From the IMG/VR virus record IMGVR_UViG_3300025147_000063: a stretch of 15,361 nucleotides of DNA, one strand, 5' to 3'. The translations under genes and the position numbers were made by a program. Of the stretch, positions 1-6,175 are shown in pieces. The stretch is from a virus. Position 1 is the stretch's first letter. Every line of letters begins with the position of its first letter. The notes under the pieces are model-generated. The model made no database searches and had not been told where the DNA came from. It saw only the letters and a program-made list of their open reading frames with translations.

Positions 1-1
1 A

Positions 2-79
2 AGTGAAAATGATAAAAATATTATATTAGAATGTTTTAGTGAAGATAAAATAGATAAATTTTTAGGTGATGCAAAATGA
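2..79 (+). CDS. C-terminal fragment of an upstream protein (partial at window edge)
   Basis: Open frame from the window edge reads SENDKNIILECFSEDKIDKFLGDAK*; its TGA overlaps the next ATG (ATGA), typical of an operon. Confidence 0.6.
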   Translation, partial: SENDKNIILECFSEDKIDKFLGDAK

Positions 80-990
80 AACTAGAGCTTAGAGATTATC
101 AAAAAGCATGTCTTGATATAATAGACAAATTAGATCCTGGTAGTTATCTTATACAGATGGCTACAGGTTTAGGAAAGACAGCAACATTTACTAATATAAG
201 AAGAAAAGGTAGAGTTTTAGTATTAGCTCATAGAGAAGAACTGGTTACACAGCCAATTAAATATTATGATTGTCCTGTAGGTATTGAGATGGCAGGTTCT
301 TCAAGTAATGGGGAAGAAGTAGTCATTGCATCAGTTCAATCATTAATTAAAAGATTAGGTAAGTTTAGTCCTGATACTTTTGATATTATAATTACAGATG
401 AAGCTCATCATGCTGCAGCTAAAAGTTATAAAACTATATATGAATATTTTAGGCCACGTTTACATTTGGGATTTACTGCTACACCTAACAGAGGTGATAA
501 TGTAAGACTTGATGATGTATACCAGGATATAATATTTGAACGTGATATTAGATGGGCAGTTAAAGAAAAGTATTTATGTGATATCAAATGTTTAAAAGTA
601 AATATAGGCTATGATTTATCAAACGTAGCGACTAGAATGGGCGATTATGCGATTAATGAATTAGAGAAGACTATGAATACAGATTCAATGAACAAAGCCA
701 TAAAAGAGGTATATACGAAACATTCTAAAGGACAAACTCTAATATTTTCAACATCAGTAGAACATGCTCAGGACATAGCTAAAGAAATACCTGGTGCTGT
801 AGCTGTAACTGCAGATACTAAAAATAGAGCTGAGATATTAGAAAAGTTTAAAAGTAGAGAAATACCTGTACTAGTAAACTGTATGTTATTTACTGAAGGA
901 ACTGATATACCACTTATTGAAACAGTAATTATTGCAAGGCCTACACAAAACTCTAGTTTATATACACAAATGGTTCGGTCGTGGTCTTAG
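76..990 (+). CDS. DEAD/DEAH-box superfamily 2 helicase, N-terminal part (frame disrupted near motif VI)
   Basis: Motifs seen: ATGLGKT (Walker A), ITDEAHH (motif II), GFTATPNR (motif III), plus C-terminal motifs TLIFSTSVEHA and LFTEGTDIP. Ends prematurely at QMVRSWS*. Confidence 0.9.
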   Translation: MKLELRDYQKACLDIIDKLDPGSYLIQMATGLGKTATFTNIRRKGRVLVLAHREELVTQPIKYYDCPVGIEMAGSSSNGEEVVIASVQSLIKRLGKFSPDTFDIIITDEAHHAAAKSYKTIYEYFRPRLHLGFTATPNRGDNVRLDDVYQDIIFERDIRWAVKEKYLCDIKCLKVNIGYDLSNVATRMGDYAINELEKTMNTDSMNKAIKEVYTKHSKGQTLIFSTSVEHAQDIAKEIPGAVAVTADTKNRAEILEKFKSREIPVLVNCMLFTEGTDIPLIETVIIARPTQNSSLYTQMVRSWS

Positions 991-1585
991 ATTATATCCA
1001 GGTAAAGAGAAACTAATATTAATAGATTTAGTTGGAGCAACAGGTAAAAACAATATATGTACAGCACCTAGTTTAATAGGATTAGATCTAACTGGAGTAC
1101 CAAAAAGCGAGCAAGATGCAATTCAAGGAGATCTATTTGAATTACCTGAACTAATAATACAAAAAACTGATTGCCCTGAGTCATGGATTAGAAACATCGA
1201 AATAGTTAATATCTGGGCCAAAGAACAAAGTTATAATATGCATAATGTAAATTGGTTTAAAATGCCAAACGGAGATTTAGTATTAAATCTAAAAGGCACA
1301 AGACTAGTAATACCATCACAAAATGAATTAGGCAAAACTACATTGAACAATGAAAGTATAACAATGCAGCAAGCATTTGATAAAGCATATAATCATTTAA
1401 TAGAAAATTATGCTGATCAGAAATATATATGGGATATTAGTGTAGTTAAAAAATGGGGAAAAACTCCTGCTTCAGATAAACAAAAAGAGTTAATTAAAAA
1501 GAGACTTAAAAACTTTGATACAAGTGAAGTTACAAAAGCTCAGGCAATGATGATATTAAATAGAATGTTTTATAAGGGGGCATAG
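977..1585 (+). CDS. DEAD/DEAH-box helicase, C-terminal part (continuation after +1 frame change)
   Basis: Frame 2 continues motif VI as GRGLRLYPGKEKLILIDLVG. Skipping one base (c976) joins ...YTQMV to GRGLRLYPGKE... The track start at 932 is probably not the real start. Confidence 0.85.
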   Translation, partial: GRGLRLYPGKEKLILIDLVGATGKNNICTAPSLIGLDLTGVPKSEQDAIQGDLFELPELIIQKTDCPESWIRNIEIVNIWAKEQSYNMHNVNWFKMPNGDLVLNLKGTRLVIPSQNELGKTTLNNESITMQQAFDKAYNHLIENYADQKYIWDISVVKKWGKTPASDKQKELIKKRLKNFDTSEVTKAQAMMILNRMFYKGA

Positions 1586-1591
1586 ATAAAG

Positions 1592-1771
1592 ATGAGAGAT
1601 GAATTAAAAGATATATTACTAAACGTCGGAAAATGGTGTGATAAATATTCAAAAGATTATCTTAGTATAGCATTTGTTAATGGTACACTAATGAGTAATC
1701 TAGATACTAAGGATGCTGACTATACAGAAACAGATATGACTTTAAATTATGAAAAGGAGGTAGAGAGATGA
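1592..1771 (+). CDS. small hypothetical protein, 59 aa
   Basis: Intact frame MRDELKDILLNVGKWCDKYSKDYLSIAFVNG...EKEVER*; stop overlaps the next ATG (ATGA) and fills the gap between neighbours. Confidence 0.6.
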   Translation: MRDELKDILLNVGKWCDKYSKDYLSIAFVNGTLMSNLDTKDADYTETDMTLNYEKEVER

Positions 1772-2193
1772 GAAAAATAAAATTTAAAGGTAAAAATATA
1801 GAAAATGAATGGGTATATGGTGATTTAATACATAGAGATATATGGGGAACTAAATCATACATAATTAGAGTACAAGACAGTGGATTTGATAACTATGATG
1901 ATTTTAGAATACCATCTGAAACAGTATTTCAATATACAGGTGAAAATGATAAAAATAATAAAGAAATATATGAGAATGATACATTAAAAGTAAAATTAAG
2001 TAGAAATGGTATATATGATGAAGAAATAATCAAAAAAGTTGTATTTAGAAACGGTTGTTTTGGAATAGATTACGATGAACATAGTTTTATTTTATTACGA
2101 GATACAAGAAGAGTTATTAAAACAGAGTATATATCTAATATTGGAGAAGTACCAGTTGAATATGAAAATACAGTTGAAATTTTAGGTGAGTAA
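1768..2193 (+). CDS. YopX-family phage protein
   Basis: MRKIKFKGKNIENEWVYGDLI...VFQYTGENDKNNKEIYENDTLKV... has the characteristic YopX-like opening and QYTG.DKN..IYE.D motif. GGAGG ribosome binding site upstream. Confidence 0.85.
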   Translation: MRKIKFKGKNIENEWVYGDLIHRDIWGTKSYIIRVQDSGFDNYDDFRIPSETVFQYTGENDKNNKEIYENDTLKVKLSRNGIYDEEIIKKVVFRNGCFGIDYDEHSFILLRDTRRVIKTEYISNIGEVPVEYENTVEILGE

Positions 2194-2194
2194 T

Positions 2195-2272
2195 ATGAGA
2201 AGAGGATTTGATTTTGAAGCTCAAATAGATAAAGTTGTGGAATATGGAGAAAATTATGAGCAAATTAATTGA
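2195..2272 (+). pseudogene. 25-aa ORF resembling the N-terminus of the downstream RecU-like protein (possible remnant)
   Basis: MRRGFDFEAQIDKVVEYGENYEQIN* aligns with MPRRGYKLEHEIDKVIKYIDSTNG of ORF 2743; the HNH gene starts inside it. Confidence 0.5.
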
Positions 2273-2750
2273 TTTAACTGGTCAAAAATATAATAAGCTT
2301 ACAGTAGTAAAAAGAGATGGAAGAGATAAATTTGGACATGCTATATGGTTGTGTAGATGTGAATGTGGAAATATAAAAAGTATAAGTGGTGACAATATTA
2401 TAAGAGAATTAACAAGAAGTTGTGGATGTCTAGCTTTAAAAAACGATTTTAAACATGGATATGCTGGTACTAATATATATAGAAAATGGAACGGAATGAA
2501 AAACAGGTGTTTTAATCCTAATTCTGAAAAATATAAAGATTATGGAGCTAGAGGTATAACAGTATTTCATGAATGGATAAAAGACTTTTTAAAATATTAT
2601 GATTATGTTTCTAAATTACCACATTATGATGAAGATGGATATTCTATAGATAGAATAAATGTAGATGGAAACTATGAACCAGGTAATGTAAGATGGGCAA
2701 CTGCTAAAGTACAAGCAAATAATCAAAGGAGGAATAAATACAATGCCTAG
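2256..2750 (+). CDS. HNH/AP2-type endonuclease-like protein with a Cys-rich N-terminal domain
   Basis: CRCECGNIKS...RSCGCL zinc-like motif; C-terminal YSIDRINVDGNYEPGNVRWAT...NNQRRN motif typical of phage HNH/AP2 homing-type proteins. ATG 2256 with ATGGAGA ribosome binding site preferred over GTG 2235. Confidence 0.75.
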   Translation: MSKLIDLTGQKYNKLTVVKRDGRDKFGHAIWLCRCECGNIKSISGDNIIRELTRSCGCLALKNDFKHGYAGTNIYRKWNGMKNRCFNPNSEKYKDYGARGITVFHEWIKDFLKYYDYVSKLPHYDEDGYSIDRINVDGNYEPGNVRWATAKVQANNQRRNKYNA

Positions 2751-3156
2751 AAGAGGATATAAATTAGAACATGAAATTGATAAGGTTATTAAATATATCG
2801 ATTCTACTAATGGATTTGCAACGAAACTATATCCAAATAAAACAATAGATGGAATATTTATAGCTGGAGAACCTTTTGATTATTTTATACTGTTACCTAA
2901 ATATAAAGTTGCATTTGATGCAAAAGAATGCGCTGGAACTACCTGGAACATGAAACCTAAAGATATAAAACAAGCTAATAACTTAAAGAAAGTAAAAAAT
3001 GCAGGACTACACGCATATTTCTTAATACTATTTGAAAATAAAGATGTAAGACAAATTGATATAGATGAAGTTATTGAAGTATTAAAACAAGGTAAAAAAA
3101 GTATAAGTATGGAATTAGGCAAAGAATGGGAATTGATAAAGATATTAAATAGTTGA
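2743..3156 (+). CDS. RecU-like Holliday junction resolvase / PD-(D/E)xK-fold nuclease
   Basis: RRGYKLEHEID..., PFDYFILLP...VAFDAKECAGTTWNM (D...DAKE nuclease core), then IKQANNLKKVKNAGLHAYFLILFEN. Arrangement matches RecU-like phage proteins. Confidence 0.7.
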   Translation: MPRRGYKLEHEIDKVIKYIDSTNGFATKLYPNKTIDGIFIAGEPFDYFILLPKYKVAFDAKECAGTTWNMKPKDIKQANNLKKVKNAGLHAYFLILFENKDVRQIDIDEVIEVLKQGKKSISMELGKEWELIKILNS

Positions 3157-3167
3157 GGAGGTAAGGT

Positions 3168-3353
3168 ATGAATATAGATAAGTTAAAACAGAAAATTGAG
3201 TATCAAAATAATGTTATAGAATCAATGTCAAAGTGTATAAATAATTTAAGATTTAGACCTTATCATTCTGAATTAGGTGGAGTAACATTTTCAAATGCAA
3301 AAGAAGTAGAAAGGCATTTTAGAAATAAAGTGAAGTTGGAGGTAGAGAGATGA
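3168..3353 (+). CDS. hypothetical protein, 61 aa
   Basis: Intact ORF after a GGAGG ribosome binding site (gttgaggaggtaaggtatg); operon context. Confidence 0.6.
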   Translation: MNIDKLKQKIEYQNNVIESMSKCINNLRFRPYHSELGGVTFSNAKEVERHFRNKVKLEVER

Positions 3354-3628
3354 GTAGTGAAGAAACTAAAATATATGAATTATTAAAAAGTATGGTAAAT
3401 AATACAAAGTTGAAAGAAAATAAAGAAAGTATAACATATAAAGGAATTTTAAGCATAGTAAATAAAATTGAAAAATTAGATACATTAAAAGAGAAACTAA
3501 AACAAGATAAAAATTTATATATGAATAAATTAGGACATTATGAAATTAATAATTGTACACCAGAACAAGAAAGAGCAGCAGGAGTATATAATTATTTAAA
3601 TAAATTATTAAAAGATTTGGAGGCATAG
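3350..3628 (+). CDS. hypothetical protein, 92 aa
   Basis: Intact ORF, ATGA overlap with the previous gene, GGAGG upstream. Confidence 0.65.
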   Translation: MSSEETKIYELLKSMVNNTKLKENKESITYKGILSIVNKIEKLDTLKEKLKQDKNLYMNKLGHYEINNCTPEQERAAGVYNYLNKLLKDLEA

Positions 3629-3629
3629 T

Positions 3630-3782
3630 ATGGAAATAGATATAGAAAAAGATAAACGAATAGAAAAGTTAAAAGAAGAGCTACATACATCTAAACAGAT
3701 GAATTGTGATAACATAACAGGTAGAAATTGTAGAGATTGTGTTATAAGCTACTTTGAAAATAAAGCAAAGGAGGAAAAGTAA
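3630..3782 (+). CDS. small hypothetical protein, 50 aa, Cys motif
   Basis: MEIDIEKDKRIEKLKEELHTSKQMNCDNITGRNCRDCVISYFENKAKEEK*; GGAGG upstream and fits between neighbours. Confidence 0.5.
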   Translation: MEIDIEKDKRIEKLKEELHTSKQMNCDNITGRNCRDCVISYFENKAKEEK

Positions 3783-3783
3783 T

Positions 3784-4050
3784 ATGTTAAAAATATATTT
3801 AATAAGCTGTTTGATAAGTTTTATAATAATGATTGCAAGTAATTTTATAGTTATAGAGACATTAAAAAACAAGAAAAGAAAATTAAAAGGTAGTGGAAGT
3901 AAAGGTAAAAGTTTATTATTACAAATGGCTATAAGTTTAGTACCAATATATAGATTATTATTAATAATTAGTTTTTATATAATAGCATTTTGTGATGATG
4001 AGACTTTTAAAAATAAATTTGGAACTATAGGGGAGGACAAGCAGATATGA
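3784..4050 (+). CDS. small membrane protein, 88 aa
   Basis: ATG 3784 after ggaggaaaag; two hydrophobic stretches (IYLISCLISFIIMIASNFIVI and LLLIISFYIIAF). Confidence 0.65.
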   Translation: MLKIYLISCLISFIIMIASNFIVIETLKNKKRKLKGSGSKGKSLLLQMAISLVPIYRLLLIISFYIIAFCDDETFKNKFGTIGEDKQI

Positions 4051-4229
4051 AAGAATATAAATATAGTATAATAATGAATTTCATGGCACTAGTAACAAAC
4101 ATTTTAATATTTGGAATATGTGCTTGGTTAAGTTATAAGTTTAATAATTTATGGATAATGTTAATAGCTTTACTATATCGTTATGGAGTAGTTGATAATG
4201 ATAAAGATAAGGAGGACAAGCATGAATGA
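4047..4229 (+). CDS. small membrane protein, 60 aa
   Basis: ATGA overlap with previous gene; GGGGAGG upstream; hydrophobic segments IIMNFMALVTNILIFGICAWL and LWIMLIALLY. Confidence 0.65.
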   Translation: MKEYKYSIIMNFMALVTNILIFGICAWLSYKFNNLWIMLIALLYRYGVVDNDKDKEDKHE

Positions 4230-4485
4230 ACTAACACAAGAGCAACAGGATGCGATAGATAGATTTATGGCAGCATGTAAAGAAATTTATGATGCAGTAA
4301 AGATATTTGCTGAAAAAATTATAGAAGCCATTAAACCTATAGTTGAATGGTTTATAAAAACAGTAGGACCAATATGCAAAAACTTACCATATTATAAAAA
4401 GTATAACATGATCTATATGAGAACTAAGTCCAAGAGGATAAAAAAGAAACAGATTAGTTTGATGAGAAAGAAGTGGCTTATATGA
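4222..4485 (+). CDS. hypothetical phage protein, amphipathic, 87 aa
   Basis: ATG 4222 preceded by GGAGG; MNELTQEQQDAIDRFMAACKEIYDAVKIFAEKIIEAIKPIVEWF. Confidence 0.6.
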   Translation: MNELTQEQQDAIDRFMAACKEIYDAVKIFAEKIIEAIKPIVEWFIKTVGPICKNLPYYKKYNMIYMRTKSKRIKKKQISLMRKKWLI

Positions 4486-4661
4486 AAGGTATAATTGATC
4501 AAATAAATATTGGATTTAATAATATGTTAAAGTGTTTAAAATACTTATTTAAGGTAATGATAATAGTTGGTGCATTAATAATAATATCATATTATATATT
4601 TGTACCTATAATAACATATGGATTTTTAAGTTTCATAGTATGGCTTGGAGCACAAGCATAG
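4482..4661 (+). CDS. small membrane protein, about 59 aa
   Basis: Hydrophobic VMIIVGALIIISYYIFVPIITYGFLSFIVWLGAQA; ATG 4482 overlaps upstream stop (track uses GTG 4473). Confidence 0.55.
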   Translation: MKGIIDQINIGFNNMLKCLKYLFKVMIIVGALIIISYYIFVPIITYGFLSFIVWLGAQA

Positions 4662-4670
4662 GAGGATAGT

Positions 4671-4826
4671 ATGAAAAGTTGTTTGAAATGTAATGAAAAA
4701 CTAATGTTAGATGATGAATATGACTCTTATTATTGTCCAGTATGTAATGAATGGACTGAGAAGAAATGCGGTAGTGAGGATTGCGAATATTGTAAAGATA
4801 GACCAGATAAACCAATTAATTTATAA
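4671..4826 (+). CDS. small zinc-ribbon-like protein, 51 aa
   Basis: GGAGG upstream; MKSCLKCNEKL...YYCPVCNEWTEKKCGSEDCEYC has paired CxxC motifs. Confidence 0.6.
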   Translation: MKSCLKCNEKLMLDDEYDSYYCPVCNEWTEKKCGSEDCEYCKDRPDKPINL

Positions 4827-4840
4827 GGGGGATAATTTAT

Positions 4841-5503
4841 ATGGATATGAATAAAGAAAAACTACAAAAGGAATTGGAATTTGCAGCATTAAATCAAAAT
4901 AAAGGTGTATGTGAAAGTTATAGCTATTGTAAGTTTTGTAAGGAACCAAAGAAAACACTTAGAAATAGTATGACACCATGTGCTGATGCTTATATTGATT
5001 TAAGAGATATAAGTGAAAAGTTAAAAAACTATAAAGATAATGAAGAATATATAAAGACTGCTGTTGATCGCATAAATCTATGGACCATTGCTTTAAATTC
5101 TAAAGATAAGGACAAGCTAACTGAATTGTTTGATAGTTCTGAAGCAATTGATTTAGGGATGCCACGTGCTGAAGGAAAAATATCTAGTCCAATTGAATCT
5201 GCTATGCAAAGACATGAGATAACAAGAGAAATGGTGAATGTGTGGATAACTAGAGAACAATCTAAGCTAAATGGTATAAGAATAGAAGTAAATCAATTAA
5301 AAAGAGCATTTGAAAAACTTAAAGAAGATGATATGTTTATATTAGAATGTAAATGTTTTGATAATTTGAAATGGATTGATACACAAATTTCATATGAGAA
5401 CAAATTTAAAATATGTATAGATGAATCGGTTTTAAGAAAAAGGTTAGTAAGAATTAAAGAAAAAATAAGAAATTTGCTAAAAAATGAAGAAAATTTAAAA
5501 TAG
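4841..5503 (+). CDS. putative late transcription regulator (ArpU/RinA-like, weak sigma region-4-like C-terminus)
   Basis: 220-aa ORF just before the terminase module; C-terminal EDDMFILECKCFDNLKWIDTQISYENKFKICIDESVLRKRLVRIKEKIRNLL resembles a diverged helix-turn-helix of this class; position supports it. Confidence 0.4.
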   Translation: MDMNKEKLQKELEFAALNQNKGVCESYSYCKFCKEPKKTLRNSMTPCADAYIDLRDISEKLKNYKDNEEYIKTAVDRINLWTIALNSKDKDKLTELFDSSEAIDLGMPRAEGKISSPIESAMQRHEITREMVNVWITREQSKLNGIRIEVNQLKRAFEKLKEDDMFILECKCFDNLKWIDTQISYENKFKICIDESVLRKRLVRIKEKIRNLLKNEENLK

Positions 5504-5525
5504 TCACAAATTAATAAAAAAACTA

Positions 5526-5534
5526 TGATATAAT
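5526..5534 (+). promoter_or_regulatory. extended -10 promoter (TG-a-TATAAT)
   Basis: Sequence tatgaTATAATatat contains a perfect TGnTATAAT in a non-coding gap; start expected near 5540. No convincing -35, compatible with extended -10 use. Confidence 0.5.
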
Positions 5535-5576
5535 ATATAATAGGTAGAGCTATGAAAATAGTTTTCAAGTTAGAAG

Positions 5577-5604
5577 AAGTAGTCTTTAATAGGCTACTTT
5601 TTTT
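5577..5604 (+). terminator. intrinsic terminator
   Basis: AAGTAGTC (5577-5584) / GGCTACTT (5592-5599), 8-bp stem with one G-U, 7-nt loop, followed by a T tract. Confidence 0.8.
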
Positions 5605-5615
5605 GTTTTATATAT

Positions 5616-5704
5616 GCAGAAGTGGTGGAATTATATACACGGACTACGATATTAGTCTGTAGCTTTATGGCTACGTGGGAGTGAAAATCTCTCTTTCTGC
5701 ACCA
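5616..5704 (+). tRNA. tRNA-Leu-like (type II) element, degenerate; probably a non-decoding tRNA mimic or pseudo-tRNA
   Basis: GCAGAAG/TTTCTGC acceptor (7 bp) + A + encoded CCA; GTG/CAC D-stem; GACTA/TAGTC stem with 6-nt loop; GTAGC/GCTAC long variable arm; GGGAG/CTCTC T-stem with 7-nt loop TGAAAAT. Lacks D-loop GG, T-loop TTC and a normal 7-nt anticodon loop. Confidence 0.7.
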
Positions 5705-6040
5705 TTAGATATTAATATAATAAGTAAAGGAATTAATTACTCCTTGAGTCACATTATGAAACTTATGTGCTGTTATTCTAGATGAGGACAGATATATAGT
5801 GTTTTATTTTATTAATATCTTATCCACAGAGCAATATATCTTAATTGGTTATTGCTCAAATTGTTGTACAAGCCCTTTCACAGTCATATTAATAAGTTAG
5901 TATATAATATTTCAATTATTTTATACTTATGTAATATGAGTGAAACAACAGCTTGTACACACTATTTATGTATGCAGAGTAGATATACTTTATTCATATA
6001 TAACCTCTTTAGGTAGTTGCAGAAATGTAGCTACTTTTTT
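5705..6040 (+). ncRNA. candidate structured non-coding RNA downstream of the tRNA-like element
   Basis: No ORF; multiple helices: 5707-5717/5810-5820 (11 bp perfect), 5727-5731/5741-5745, 5750-5754/5765-5769, 5829-5836/5850-5857 (8 bp), 5865-5873/5951-5959 (9 bp) with nested 5876-5881/5940-5945 and 5885-5897/5925-5938; ends in an intrinsic terminator. Confidence 0.5.
6011..6040 (+). terminator. intrinsic terminator
   Basis: AGGTAGTT (6011-6018) / AGCTACTT (6029-6036) with 10-nt loop, then T tract. Confidence 0.75.
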
Positions 6041-6088
6041 AATGTGTTTATTTATTCAATAGATAGATTAAAGGAGTAGTGATTTGTT

Positions 6089-6166
6089 ATGAAAGATGTT
6101 AAAGTTTTTAAAAGTTTAAAGCAAGCATGCGAATATTACAAAAAAAATATCCTTAATATAAAGTAA
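6089..6166 (+). CDS. very short ORF, 25 aa (tentative)
   Basis: MKDVKVFKSLKQACEYYKKNILNIK*; AAAGGAG upstream (ttaaaggagtagtgatttgttatg). Confidence 0.3.
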   Translation: MKDVKVFKSLKQACEYYKKNILNIK

Positions 6167-6175
6167 GGTGATCAT

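Noticed and set aside
932-976. Track start of the second helicase ORF (MQGLHKTLVYIHKWF)
   Set aside because: These residues are an out-of-frame reading of conserved helicase sequence present in frame 1; helicase homology in frame 2 begins at about 977.
976-990. Strong claim of programmed +1 frameshifting in the helicase
   Set aside because: gtt cgg tcg is not a recognised +1 slippery site and no stop codon or clear stimulatory structure lies at the shift point; a mutation or sequencing error explains it as well.
3681-3872. Minus-strand ORFs (also 2880-3122, 4633-4815, 6305-6556, 6986-7171, 7709-7900, 7848-8030, 7904-8221, 9400-9684, 9982-10194, 10638-10895, 12034-12219, 13776-13958, 14004-14192, 14537-14719)
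   Set aside because: All overlap well supported plus-strand genes, are short and lack convincing ribosome binding sites or recognisable domains.
5293-5568. Minus-strand 91-aa hydrophobic ORF
   Set aside because: Antisense to the conserved-looking gene 4841-5503, no clear ribosome binding site, hydrophobicity follows from AT-rich antisense sequence.
5542-5604. Superficial resemblance of ggtAGAGCTATGAAAATAGttttCAAGTTAgaagaag to a Cas9 crRNA:tracrRNA hybrid
   Set aside because: Only short matches (AGAGCTA, GAAA, CAAGTTA). The lower repeat:anti-repeat stem does not pair, and there is no repeat array or cas gene in the window. Best treated as coincidence unless a tracrRNA model search hits it.
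5616-5704. Calling this a normal functional tRNA-Leu
   Set aside because: No standard 7-nt anticodon loop with U33, D-loop lacks GG, T-loop lacks TTC. It cannot be assigned an anticodon with confidence.
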